A stretch of 64,000 bases of DNA, taken from the NCBI GenBank assembly GCA_043817155.1, contig JBDRHE010000069.1, positions 3,244 through 67,243 on the forward strand, read 5' to 3'. Below the pieces are notes generated by a model, which searched no databases, was not told the DNA's origin, and saw only the letters and a program-made list of their open reading frames with translations. This document shows positions 43,846-53,555 of this stretch, piece by piece (within the stretch, counting starts at the first letter, position 1; each line of letters starts with the position of its first letter). This DNA is from Candidatus Omnitrophota bacterium (GTDB taxonomy: Bacteria; Omnitrophota; Gorgyraeia; JABMRN01; RBG-13-46-9). The position numbers and the translations under genes were made by a program.

Positions 43846-46800
43846 TTAGATGTGGCGTGAATTTCGTTTCTCGCGTGCTACAGTAGAGTGATGAGTGATC
43901 TTTAATGTAATATCATCCACCACACCATAGACGCATGGTATGAATATTAGCGTCAAAGGCGTTCCGAAGAATAGGCCCCAGCTAAGAGTAAGCGCGGCCG
44001 GTTGAAGGAACGGATCGAGCCCTCCGATACCATACGCAACCGGCGCAAGCCCAAATACGGTCGTTATCGTTGTAAGGATAACCGGCCGGAGCCGGAGTCT
44101 GCCGGCTTCGATTATAGACTCCATCCTATCTTTTCCGCTTAGCCTCAGTTTATTGATAAAATCTACAAGCACTATCGAATCGTTTACAATTACACCTACC
44201 AGACCCACGATCCCAAGGAATGCCATGAAACTGAAAGGCATATTATGCAAGAGTAGGGCAAGAAGCGCTCCAGAAACGCCGAAGATGATCGTCAGCATGA
44301 TAATGACCGGCTGCACTAGAGAATTGAATTTCGTCGCGAGAATTAAAAATATCAGAAAGAGGGCTATCATGATAGCCTTAAACAGATTGGCAAAGGACTC
44401 CTGGGTGTCCTTCTCCTCACCGCCATAGATCACCGTGTACCCCAGAAATCTCGACTCTATATCTTCGAACTTCTTCTTAAGAATGCTGTTTACTTTACGC
44501 GATGTCATCGTCTTCTCATCCACCGATGCTGTTACGCGCAGCGCCCGTTTTCCGTCGAGATGTTTAAACGATTCCAGGCGCTTCTCCCGCTTAAACGTCG
44601 CGACGTCCTCTAAGTTTATCAGCTTACCGAATCTGTTTGGTATGCTTATCTCTTTAAAGAGCGTCGTTTCACTTCTCTTATCCTCGGGGAATCGTACCAG
44701 AACATCGATCTCCTCTTCGGCTTTAAGCTGTTTTATTGACGTTGCCATTCCTCCGCCAACTGCGTTTCTTACAGCCATAGCGATATCCATTACTGTGAGG
44801 TACGCGCGTGTGGCCTTCTCCTCATCTATCTCCATCGATATCTCCTCTTTGCCAAATTTATAATCGGTATCGATGTCCGTTACTCCGTCCAGTGTCTTTA
44901 ATAAAACGATGTACTCTTCAGCGATCTGACTGAGAACCTTATAGTCCTCTCCCTTTATCTTCACATCGACCGCTTTGCCCACAGGCGGGCCGTGGGCTAC
45001 CTGCTCAAAATAGACCTTTTCGAATCCTTCGACTTCTTCTATCTTTCCGCGCAAAGAATCGACAATCTGAAACGCATCCCTATCACGGCTACTTTCGGCT
45101 GTCAAATAAGCGTTTACCTGCACAAGATGGCTACCCCGGCGCGTATACGGGTCCATTGTCCTGCCTTCAAAGATAGTTCCGATGGTCGTCGTATAACTGT
45201 CCAGCTCATTTTTCGGGAGAGACTCTATGATCTCTTCGAGCGATCTTGAGAGTTTCGCTGTCTTGTTCAGACTCGTCCCGATTTCTGCTTCGGCCCTCAG
45301 ATAGAATTCCTCGACACCCCTCTGGGGAAATGCCACTACCCCGAGCCACAATTTCATAGCAATAATTAAAGATATCACAGCCAGGATAAAGACGCCCATC
45401 GTTTTATACCTGTACGTTATAGCCAGCTTTATCACCCGCGTATATCCATTCAAAAGCTTCCTGAACCATGGCTTGTCCTTCTGGCTGATCACCTTTTTTG
45501 TCTTTTTATCCCTCGCGGGCCTTACAAAATCCGCTATGTGCGACGGGAGAATAATAAAGGCTTCGAAGAGTGACGCAAGAAGCGCGACTATTACCACAAC
45601 GGGGATCGACCGCACGAACTTACCGATTATTCCTGTCATGAATGCCAGCGGCAAAAATGCGACTATTGTTGTAAGAATGGTTGTAGTTACCGCAGCCATT
45701 ACTTCCGTAGTCCCTTTGATCGCGGCAGTCTTTGGATCCATGCCGCTTTCGATATAACGGTATGCGTTCTCCGCTATTATTATTCCGTCGTCAACGATCA
45801 TACCCAGAACAATAACGAGTCCGAACATCGTCATCATGTTTATGCTCATTCCGGTCGCGAGCATAAATCCCAGAGCCATTGAGAATGACAGCGGTATGCC
45901 CAGGGCCGTGAATAATGCGACCCGTCTTGATAAGAATATGAGAAGACATACGATCACTAATATGAAACCTATTAATGCGTTGTTCTTTAGAATGTTGAGA
46001 CGCCGCTTTATATAAAGAGACATGTCGTTGAGCGTATATACATGCATGCTCTCCGGAACAGTAGCCTTAAACTGCCGAATTGCATCTTTTACCTTCGCTA
46101 CCAGTTCAATTGCGTCCTCTCTCTCTTTCTTTAATATTATAAGATCGATAGCTTTGGTCCCAAAGGACTTTGTGATCTCACTCTCGTCCTCAAACGAATC
46201 CACGACGCGAGCCACATCCTTTATTTTAAGCCAGTTTCCGGCGTCGTTGGCCCGGATCACTACCTCCTCAATATCTTTCGACGTTAAGAACTCGCCGGTA
46301 GTCCTTATGTTGTACTCGACCTCATGTCCCCTCATTGTCCCGGCCGGAATATTGATATTTCGGAGCTTAAGCGCCTGCTTGATCTCTTCCGTAGATACGT
46401 AATAATTTTTTAGCTTATCCGGATCCACCTCAATCCAGATCTCCCGGTCGCGCCACCCCTTCCTCTGAACCTTAGCAACCTCCGGTATGTCCAGAATGAT
46501 CGATTCCAGCGAATCGGCATACCGCTGCAGCTGGAATTCATCCGCCGCGCCGCTTAATGCAACCTCAATGATCGGGGTTAATTTCATATTGATCTCTTCT
46601 ACGAGAGGATCGTTCGCGTCTCCCGGCAGATCCCGTACCCTATCAACGGCTCTCTGAATATCGTTAACAACCTTATTCTTGTCACTTGCGTTAGGATTCA
46701 TCTTAAGATATATCGTGCAGAAGTTGTTGCTAGACATGGAACTTATCTCATCTATGTCATCGACGCCTTTAAGTTCCTTCTCTATCGGGATAGCTATCAA

Positions 46801-46983
46801 CTTTTCGACATCCTCCGCAGTCGCCCCGGGATATCCTACGCTAACCAAAGCCATGTCGAAAGATACATTCGGGAAGACCTCCTTGTTCAGATTGAATACG
46901 GCCATGATCCCTACTACTAAAAAGAAGAGAGACAGCAGGTTTACGAATAGGGAATTCTTTACGGAAAACTCTGCGATCTTCAT
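43846..46983 (-). CDS. RND efflux transporter permease (AcrB/AcrD/AcrF family)
   Basis: GMIVDDGIIIAEN, VNDSIVLV, RLRPVILT; 1045 aa. Confidence 0.93.
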   Translation of the reverse strand: MKIAEFSVKNSLFVNLLSLFFLVVGIMAVFNLNKEVFPNVSFDMALVSVGYPGATAEDVEKLIAIPIEKELKGVDDIDEISSMSSNNFCTIYLKMNPNASDKNKVVNDIQRAVDRVRDLPGDANDPLVEEINMKLTPIIEVALSGAADEFQLQRYADSLESIILDIPEVAKVQRKGWRDREIWIEVDPDKLKNYYVSTEEIKQALKLRNINIPAGTMRGHEVEYNIRTTGEFLTSKDIEEVVIRANDAGNWLKIKDVARVVDSFEDESEITKSFGTKAIDLIILKKEREDAIELVAKVKDAIRQFKATVPESMHVYTLNDMSLYIKRRLNILKNNALIGFILVIVCLLIFLSRRVALFTALGIPLSFSMALGFMLATGMSINMMTMFGLVIVLGMIVDDGIIIAENAYRYIESGMDPKTAAIKGTTEVMAAVTTTILTTIVAFLPLAFMTGIIGKFVRSIPVVVIVALLASLFEAFIILPSHIADFVRPARDKKTKKVISQKDKPWFRKLLNGYTRVIKLAITYRYKTMGVFILAVISLIIAMKLWLGVVAFPQRGVEEFYLRAEAEIGTSLNKTAKLSRSLEEIIESLPKNELDSYTTTIGTIFEGRTMDPYTRRGSHLVQVNAYLTAESSRDRDAFQIVDSLRGKIEEVEGFEKVYFEQVAHGPPVGKAVDVKIKGEDYKVLSQIAEEYIVLLKTLDGVTDIDTDYKFGKEEISMEIDEEKATRAYLTVMDIAMAVRNAVGGGMATSIKQLKAEEEIDVLVRFPEDKRSETTLFKEISIPNRFGKLINLEDVATFKREKRLESFKHLDGKRALRVTASVDEKTMTSRKVNSILKKKFEDIESRFLGYTVIYGGEEKDTQESFANLFKAIMIALFLIFLILATKFNSLVQPVIIMLTIIFGVSGALLALLLHNMPFSFMAFLGIVGLVGVIVNDSIVLVDFINKLRLSGKDRMESIIEAGRLRLRPVILTTITTVFGLAPVAYGIGGLDPFLQPAALTLSWGLFFGTPLTLIFIPCVYGVVDDITLKITHHSTVAREKRNSRHI

Positions 46984-48446
46984 TAGCCGGTAACACCCAC
47001 CCTTTCAAGTAGCATGTCCTTTGAGTTCTCGAGATCTATCATGCTTGAGTAATATTCCACGAGCGCAAAATACTCGTTTATCTGCGCCAGAAATAGATCG
47101 TTCTGATAATCGATCATGGTCTTTGTCGATGAGCGCCCGCGCTTGAAGCTCTTCTCCTCATCCCGCAGTTTCAAAGCTTCGATCTGGCGGATCTTCGATC
47201 GTCTCTTTGCGTTCTCGAGATACACATTAACGGCGCGCACGTTATCGTCGATCTCGTTAATGATCTCCTTTTCAAGTTGCTGCATTTTCAATATTGCTCT
47301 GGTCTTTTCGAGAAGCGCCGTATTGAGCTGGCCGTGAGCGCTTCTGTTCTCGATAGGCATCTTAACTTCAATACCTCCATAAAGCTTTGGGAATTTATCG
47401 GTAGAGAGCTTCTTGTTGGCAGTGGGGAATTTCCTGTGAACTCCATTTACCGTATAGCTACCCACCAGGTCTATCTCCGGCCACATGCTGTTTTTCTTCA
47501 TCTTCAGTTTTATATTCTTAGCCCGGAGATCGTTCTTCATTGCTTTATAATCCCTCCTTACGAGAAAGGCGCCATTGAGGGACTTTACCATATCCGCGCC
47601 TTCCGTAGGTGGCATTAGATCGTTCTCGGGAGTGATGAGGAAGTCGCCGCCCTCATTGATCAGTAGCTTCAATTTATTACTTGCGGTCTTTAGCCTGTTC
47701 TCGGCAAGCGCTACCTCTGTCTTCCTTATCCGCATATTGGATTCTGCGGCATATAGAGCTGTAGTCTCAACCAATCCAACCTTAAGATGCTCCTCATTGG
47801 CCCTGTATAGCTCTTCCGCCTTATCCATGATCTGTTGTCTGAACGCAAAATCCTTATAAGCCAAAATAAGCCTCCAATATGCCTTCTCGATGTCGGCTAT
47901 CACATCCTCTATCCTGTCCAGGGTGCCGAGATCCGCGTTAACGATCTCGATCTCAGTCAACTTGATATCACTCCTGTCGATATAACCGAAAAAGTTGTAG
48001 AGCACGGGTTGCCTGAGGGAGAACGAGAGCTCGGCAGTATGGAGCGGGTTGTTTAAGGCAAAGATCGAATCGGTCCATACCCTTTCACTCGACCAATCTA
48101 TCTCCAGTTCCGTACCGGTCGGCAACTTCTTGCTTACGCCCATTGCATAATTATTCGTTAAACTCTTCTGGCCGATGATGGAAGTAGCTACTGCCCTCCG
48201 GTCGTCTTCATAGCTCGCGCTTCCGGTTAGCATGGTATCGAATATCGAAGTGGAAATGAGTCTATCCTGTCCCTTTATCTCGGAGTCGATCTTCGCGATC
48301 TTTATGTCAAGGTTATTGGACAGGCCCAAATTCAGGCAGTCGTCTAAACTGAGCCGTAACTCTTCATCGGAATATGAGGGCCCGGCAATGACGATCGACA
48401 GCGCGATCGCAAGCAATATTATTGATCGCATATAAAGCTTTGACAT
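46983..48446 (-). CDS. TolC-family outer membrane protein
   Basis: Signal peptide, LSLDDC...NNLDI, LRQP, WPEIDL repeats; next to the RND gene. Confidence 0.88.
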   Translation of the reverse strand: MSKLYMRSIILLAIALSIVIAGPSYSDEELRLSLDDCLNLGLSNNLDIKIAKIDSEIKGQDRLISTSIFDTMLTGSASYEDDRRAVATSIIGQKSLTNNYAMGVSKKLPTGTELEIDWSSERVWTDSIFALNNPLHTAELSFSLRQPVLYNFFGYIDRSDIKLTEIEIVNADLGTLDRIEDVIADIEKAYWRLILAYKDFAFRQQIMDKAEELYRANEEHLKVGLVETTALYAAESNMRIRKTEVALAENRLKTASNKLKLLINEGGDFLITPENDLMPPTEGADMVKSLNGAFLVRRDYKAMKNDLRAKNIKLKMKKNSMWPEIDLVGSYTVNGVHRKFPTANKKLSTDKFPKLYGGIEVKMPIENRSAHGQLNTALLEKTRAILKMQQLEKEIINEIDDNVRAVNVYLENAKRRSKIRQIEALKLRDEEKSFKRGRSSTKTMIDYQNDLFLAQINEYFALVEYYSSMIDLENSKDMLLERVGVTG

Positions 48447-48451
48447 CCGGT

Positions 48452-48892
48452 CTACTTCCCCTTTGCTTTCATCTTCTTCTGCAATTTCTTCATGATCCTA
48501 AGGTACTGGTCTCTCTCGCCTCGGCTGATAGAAGAGAAGAGAGCGCTTATCGTATTCAGTTTATGGTTCCTGATCTTCTTTGAGATCCGTATTCCCCTCT
48601 TTGTCAACATGGTATATACAATTCTTCTGTCAACTCCGGATCTTAACCTGTCGAGAAGGCCCGCCGCTATCAAGCGGTCCGTGATGCCGGTCACTGCGCC
48701 CTTCGTTACACCGATTACGCGCGAAAGATCGCTCATCTTACATCTACCCTTCTCCAGCAGAATATCCATAATTACCATCTGTGGAAAACCGATCTTTCCT
48801 TTTGTGATTTCGTTCGGCAGCGCCCTTATAAGGCTTGCGTGAATATGCGGCATGATCCCGGAGATCTCCTTTGAGAACCTGCGTATATTCAT
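48452..48892 (-). CDS. MarR family transcriptional regulator
   Basis: MSDLS...TKGAVTGITDRL...DRR...LTKRG. Confidence 0.92.
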   Translation of the reverse strand: MNIRRFSKEISGIMPHIHASLIRALPNEITKGKIGFPQMVIMDILLEKGRCKMSDLSRVIGVTKGAVTGITDRLIAAGLLDRLRSGVDRRIVYTMLTKRGIRISKKIRNHKLNTISALFSSISRGERDQYLRIMKKLQKKMKAKGK

Positions 48893-48919
48893 GAGCGCTT
48901 CCTTTTGTTAATGTGCTAA

Positions 48920-48980
48920 ATTGTTTATGCTGTCAACCATTTGCTTGGTAAAGCTTACCACTTTTCTGTGTGATTGTCAA
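48920..48980 (-). promoter_or_regulatory. Promoter and candidate MarR operator(s)
   Basis: TTGACA-17 nt-TAAGCT; palindrome TGGTAAnnnTTACCA over the -10 and imperfect ATGGTTGACnnnATAAACAAT downstream. Confidence 0.55.
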
Positions 48981-48991
48981 TAGTTTTTCGC

Positions 48992-49612
48992 TTATTCCTT
49001 CTTAAATATGATGGCGAGGCTAAAGATAAGTTCTTCCTTATTGATAGTGTCCGGGAAAGGCGGAAGCGGTGAAGCGGCCCGCACACTCTTTAAGGCGGTC
49101 TCTTTAAGGTATTCTATCTCGGAGCTCTTCAGTTCGTCGACGTCAACCTTTGTCAAGATGCCATACCTATTCAGCCTGAAGACGACGTATGCGACCCCCT
49201 GTATACTGGAATCCGCATAGAAGCTGCTTACCTTCTTCTTGATCCTCTCTCTAAGTAGCTTATAGTAGGAGATATAATCTTCGAGCTTATCCGAGTCTAT
49301 ATTCTGCAGGTCTTCATTTACCGGCACCTCCCTCTTCTCCGGTTTCGCGGCTTCCGGGGCCTTCTCTTTGGGAGCTATCACCTGTCTCTTTGCGGTCATC
49401 ATCTTCTCTTCAACGTCATACTTCTTTGGGAGACTACTTGCGACCTTCTCATCGGCTATTTTCTTCACAAAATAGGTTATCTCGATTTCGGGTTTCGCAT
49501 CTCTTTTTGACATGAAGTTCGAAAAATCGAATATATCCCAGGATGATAGAGCTAAAAAGTGGATAGATATAGATATGGTAAGCGCCGCGCCGAGCCTTGC
49601 GTTTTTAAACAT
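48992..49612 (-). CDS. TonB/TolA-like energy transducer
   Basis: TM SISIH (SHLS-like), K/P/E-rich linker, C-terminal VVFRLNRYG...ALKSVRAASPLPPFP. Confidence 0.8.
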   Translation of the reverse strand: MFKNARLGAALTISISIHFLALSSWDIFDFSNFMSKRDAKPEIEITYFVKKIADEKVASSLPKKYDVEEKMMTAKRQVIAPKEKAPEAAKPEKREVPVNEDLQNIDSDKLEDYISYYKLLRERIKKKVSSFYADSSIQGVAYVVFRLNRYGILTKVDVDELKSSEIEYLKETALKSVRAASPLPPFPDTINKEELIFSLAIIFKKE

Positions 49613-49639
49613 GTGCTCTCTTTATAGGTTTTTGATGAT

Positions 49640-49668
49640 ATTATACAGCCTTGATAGGCAAATGTCAA
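49640..49668 (-). promoter_or_regulatory. Consensus sigma70 promoter
   Basis: TTGACA-17 nt-TATAAT. Confidence 0.8.
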
Positions 49669-49775
49669 AACCTAGGGTGAAGCTTTGCGCCGAACAGATC
49701 CCACTCCCGGGCTGGATTAAAGAGGTTGTCATAGACAGCCCGGCAGTGGGATTATCTACTCATTCCAAAATAACC

Positions 49776-50042
49776 CGTCTTTACGAGGCCTGTTAGATAT
49801 GAATATCTAACAGGCCGAGGCGCCGTAAAATAGTAAGCGTGCCGAACTCTGTCATCCCTGTTTTTCTCACATGTCATCCCCGCGGAAGCGGGGATCCAGG
49901 GTGAATTCGTCGAGAGCATATCTATGGATTCCCGCTTGCGCGGGAATGACAACATTTCAACCTTGCGGGGCTTCGGCACGCCCGAATATTCAGGTGCCTC
50001 GCCCCGTTAGAAAATGCTTTTCTAACGGGGCTCGCAAAGACG
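49776..50042. mobile_element. Inverted family A element with a family B doublet and two V-type inserts
   Basis: V at 49788-49815 (CGAG duplication), V' at 50002-50030 (CTCG duplication), B at 49872-49951. Confidence 0.85.
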
Positions 50043-50078
50043 GCGGAGCGCACTGTCCCCTATTTCAGATTAACGAAG

Positions 50079-52088
50079 TTAAAACTCGGTCTTCGTGCCG
50101 ACGTAGAATGCAAGCGGGCTTGTGCCATAACCTCTCAGTTCTTCATATCCCTGATCGAACATATTGACGATCTTCAGGAATATATCGAAGTTATCCGTAA
50201 TCTTATAGTTTGTGTTGAGATTTGCAACTATATATGGTTTCAGCTTATCGATATTTACCTCATGACGTATTCCGCTATAGAGAACCTCGACATTCACATC
50301 CCACTTCGGCATTATAGTTAAGTACGTGTTCACCTTAAACTTATGGAGCGGCCGTCTGAGAAGCGGTCTATCCGTTGAGAAATCATACGTCGGATTGTAT
50401 GTATACGATCCCTTAACCTCGAAGTAATCGGTCGGCTTAAAGCGACCTCCGCACTCCAGTCCGTGCGAATGCGCCTTACCGAGATTAAGGAATCTGGATA
50501 CATTCCACATCGCATCAACGGTTGTACCAATTACGCTATACAACATGGTATGAAAGTATGTGACATTCAAAAGTACCTTCTCCCCAAACATATACTGATC
50601 GAGTCCCATTTCATATGATTGGCTCGTTTCGGGCTCAAGGTTGGGATTTCCTCCGCCGAATCCAAACCAGCCCCACTGGGCCGGAACCGGCACAGCGTTA
50701 AGCTGATATAAGGTCGGCGCCTTGAAACCGGTAGCCCAACCTCCTCTCGCCTTCGTGCCCGTCGGGAAAAGATACGAACCATCCAGCTTATAGGTCACGT
50801 GATCTCCCGCAGTCGAATGGCGATCTATTCTCATGCCCTGCGTAGCTGTCAAACGATCGCGCATATTTAAACGGTTCTGCAAATATAATGCGGAGTTTCT
50901 CGAAAAGACCTTTGGCATGTCGCTTGTGCTGGTTCCCCACGACCCGGCCTGAAATCTGTAAAAGTCACCAAGTTCGTCCGTATACTCGTACCCGATCGTA
51001 ACCGTATCCATTTCAAATAGATGGATATTGTTCCTATAGTCAAATTTAAACATTTCCCCTTTGTACCAATCGCGAAGATAATCTATGCCGCTGCCTTCGT
51101 CATTCTCATCATAATCCCTTCTAAATGAATGCATCCATCCAAACTTAATAAAATAGCTGTAGAAATCGAAAGGCTTATGGTCCACATATTGTGTAAAGAG
51201 TGTCTGATAATCTTTCTGATAGATATTGCTATCGTCCCTCCCGAATTCATCGTAGTCAAATAACGTACGTGTATGTCTAAAGGTTCCGCCTATTGTACAG
51301 TCTTCGAAGAGATCGTAATCCACGCGCGCAGATAGTGCATATCGCTCAAATCCATCGCGTTCAGGGTTATTCCTCTTTGCCTGCGCCTGTGATATGCCGC
51401 GGCTCTTTATATTCGACCCTCCTACAGAATAATGCAGCCCGTGTGCTTTTGATCCGAAACTGAAGTCCTCTTTAAATGTAGAGAATGACCCGGCCTCAAA
51501 TCCAGCCTTGAAGAATGGAACTTCAGTCTTCTTTGTTATTATGTTAATGACGCCCCCTATAGCATCCGATCCATAAAGACTGCTCTGCGCGCCGCGCACT
51601 ATTTCAATACGCTCAACGTTGTCCAGCGTAAGGTGCGCCAGATTAAATGCTCCGTTTGTCGAGATGGGATCATACACATGAAGACCATCTACCATCACCG
51701 CTGTGTGATTTGCGTTAGTGCCGCGCATAAAGATAGAGGTCTGTCCTGTGAAGCTGCCAAGAGACGGCGCATCTATGCCCATCTCGCCCTTAAGGGCATC
51801 CTTTACAGTGCGATATCGCTGCTTATCGATCGCGCCCTCCCCTATTACGGTAACCGAACTCGATTGCGCGCCCAGCTTCTCTTTTGTCTTTGTTGGCGTT
51901 ACAACTATCTGACCCAGCTCCAGTAGCGGAGTTACTACCTTCTCCAGGGGATCTGTAAGTGCCGTAACTACGTCCTTTATCGTCTCCACGATCTTATCCT
52001 TGCCCGCTTTCAAGCCATCATCCGTCCAGACATTCCCTGCTAACAATACGAAACTTAACGTTACTGCTAAAATCTTCTTTACTCTCAT
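50079..52088 (-). CDS. btuB: TonB-dependent receptor, vitamin B12 (BtuB-like)
   Basis: IVVTPTK TonB box, ERIEIVRGAQSSLYGSDAIGGVINIITK plug motif, GNPNLEPE, C-terminal Phe; B12 riboswitch upstream. Confidence 0.88.
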   Translation of the reverse strand: MRVKKILAVTLSFVLLAGNVWTDDGLKAGKDKIVETIKDVVTALTDPLEKVVTPLLELGQIVVTPTKTKEKLGAQSSSVTVIGEGAIDKQRYRTVKDALKGEMGIDAPSLGSFTGQTSIFMRGTNANHTAVMVDGLHVYDPISTNGAFNLAHLTLDNVERIEIVRGAQSSLYGSDAIGGVINIITKKTEVPFFKAGFEAGSFSTFKEDFSFGSKAHGLHYSVGGSNIKSRGISQAQAKRNNPERDGFERYALSARVDYDLFEDCTIGGTFRHTRTLFDYDEFGRDDSNIYQKDYQTLFTQYVDHKPFDFYSYFIKFGWMHSFRRDYDENDEGSGIDYLRDWYKGEMFKFDYRNNIHLFEMDTVTIGYEYTDELGDFYRFQAGSWGTSTSDMPKVFSRNSALYLQNRLNMRDRLTATQGMRIDRHSTAGDHVTYKLDGSYLFPTGTKARGGWATGFKAPTLYQLNAVPVPAQWGWFGFGGGNPNLEPETSQSYEMGLDQYMFGEKVLLNVTYFHTMLYSVIGTTVDAMWNVSRFLNLGKAHSHGLECGGRFKPTDYFEVKGSYTYNPTYDFSTDRPLLRRPLHKFKVNTYLTIMPKWDVNVEVLYSGIRHEVNIDKLKPYIVANLNTNYKITDNFDIFLKIVNMFDQGYEELRGYGTSPLAFYVGTKTEF

Positions 52089-52101
52089 CTTTATTCTCCT
52101 T

Positions 52102-52138
52102 AAAATAAAAAGGCCCTTGACACTTTCGCGTCAAGGGC
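52102..52138 (-). terminator. Riboswitch-controlled intrinsic terminator in the btuB leader
   Basis: GCCCTTGAC-8 nt-GTCAAGGGC then CTTTTTATTTT just before the AAGGAG RBS. Confidence 0.75.
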
Positions 52139-52208
52139 GCACCCTGATTTACTTAACCCTTTTATGAAGCTCCCGAGGCCTTCCACGAACCCCGTTAACA
52201 TCTTAATA

Positions 52209-52422
52209 TATAGGCAGGTCTTCTGACTCCTACATCATCCTACAAGCTTCTGCCTTCCCATCCACCTTCGCCGAATTGCTTTCGCGTTCGGCTACGGCGT
52301 GACAGTGGCTTTGTTAAAGCGTTCGTCAGTAGATACAGCGGCGGGACCGCGCCTGCTTAATTCCGGCCTGCGTAAGGCCTAAAACTTCAGGCTTCCCTTT
52401 TAAGTTCGATTGAACACCTATA
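52209..52422 (-). promoter_or_regulatory. Cobalamin riboswitch
   Basis: On the - strand: TAGGTG...AAAAGGGAAGCC...GCGCGGTCCCGCCGCTGT...AAGCCACTG...GGGAAGG...GAGTCAGAAGACCTGCC (B12 box). Confidence 0.93.
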
Positions 52423-52449
52423 TCGAATTGGTTTTTAAAGAACGGAAGT

Positions 52450-52478
52450 ATATTACCAAAACTATCTATTGCTGTCAA
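52450..52478 (-). promoter_or_regulatory. Promoter for the riboswitch-btuB transcript
   Basis: TTGACA-17 nt-TAATAT with extended TG. Confidence 0.6.
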
Positions 52479-52580
52479 TAGATATATCGATTTCAATATC
52501 GATTTCAACTATAATTTTTGAAATATTAGGTTACACCTCTTGCTATAGTTTAAGTGTTAAAGTGTTTTTGGGTACCGGAC

Positions 52581-52966
52581 CTTCTGGCTGCGGGGTAATT
52601 CTTCCGCTTGCCGCAAGAAAGATGAACGATCATCTTTCTTGCTGTCGTCCAAATTTCATATTGTCACAAAATGTCATAATCTGTACGGATCGGCTGTATA
52701 TAAAATTTGGAAGAGTCGCTCCAGAATTACCCCATAACCAGAAGAAACAGAGCTCTTTTTCTTCAGGTTGTATTACGCAACCCTGCTATAGATGCCGTGA
52801 TAGAGGCACATTAAAATTTCTCCCATTCAGGTCTTTCGGGTGTGGTTTTAGGGCTTACGGCGAACAAATTACGTGTGTTTTGGCATACGGCACAAAATTT
52901 GTGAGCCGTAAGTCCAAAACCACGGGAGAAATTTTATGAGCCGGAATTACGGCATTTATAACAGGG
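52581..52966. other. Highly structured non-coding region: family F element (52584-52741) and a second ~185-nt long hairpin (52781-52966)
   Basis: Nested stems CTTCTGGCTGCGGGGTAATTCT/AGAATTACCCCATAACCAGAAG, GCAAGAAAGATGA/TCATCTTTCTTGC, CCCTGCTATAGATGCCGT/ACGGCATTTATAACAGGG, AAAATTTCTCCC/GGGAGAAATTTT. Confidence 0.7.
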
Positions 52967-53033
52967 GGGCTTGTGTGGCAAAACATTGAAAGTAATAAAT
53001 AAATCAATATCAACGAAGTACTGAATTACGGGT

Positions 53034-53555
53034 TTAAAATTCTATCCCTCGTCGGGCTTTTATGCCCCGTTGGTAGGGATGCTTCAACTCGCGCATTTCG
53101 GTTACAAGATCCGCGCGTTCGATCAGACTCTTCGGGCAGTATCTTCCGGTCAGCACCATCTCTGCATATTTTGGTTTGGCATTTATAAGGCCTTTCGCGT
53201 CTCTCTCTCTAATGAGTCCTAAACTTAAGGCGATGTTTATCTCGTCGAGTATTATGACATCGAACTTTCCCGAAACAACTCGCCTTCTCGCTTTTTCAAG
53301 CCCGCGCTTTGCAGCTTCGAGGTCGCTCTTTTTGGGTTTTCCCCGTATGAAACATCCAAGACCGCACTGTTCAACAGTAATGTTATCCAAGAGCGCCAGC
53401 GCCTTAATCTCCGAATAGATCTTCGCTTTTATAAATTGCATGATGTATACTTTGAGACCGGCGCCGGATGCCCTTATCGCAAGCCCGATAGCGGCGGTGG
53501 TCTTGCCTTTGCCATTTCCGGTATATACTTGCACGAGCCCTTCGCGCTTCTTCAT
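53034..53555 (-). CDS. cobO: Cob(I)yrinic acid a,c-diamide adenosyltransferase (CobO/BtuR)
   Basis: YTGNGKGKTTAA, QFIK, ILDE, LTGR, ADLVTEM, KHPY, GIEF. Confidence 0.93.
   Translation of the reverse strand: MKKREGLVQVYTGNGKGKTTAAIGLAIRASGAGLKVYIMQFIKAKIYSEIKALALLDNITVEQCGLGCFIRGKPKKSDLEAAKRGLEKARRRVVSGKFDVIILDEINIALSLGLIRERDAKGLINAKPKYAEMVLTGRYCPKSLIERADLVTEMRELKHPYQRGIKARRGIEF

Noticed and set aside
52469-52939. 156-aa + strand ORF
   Set aside because: TTG start overlapping the btuB promoter, low-complexity ISIS start, no RBS; the region is better explained by nested inverted repeats
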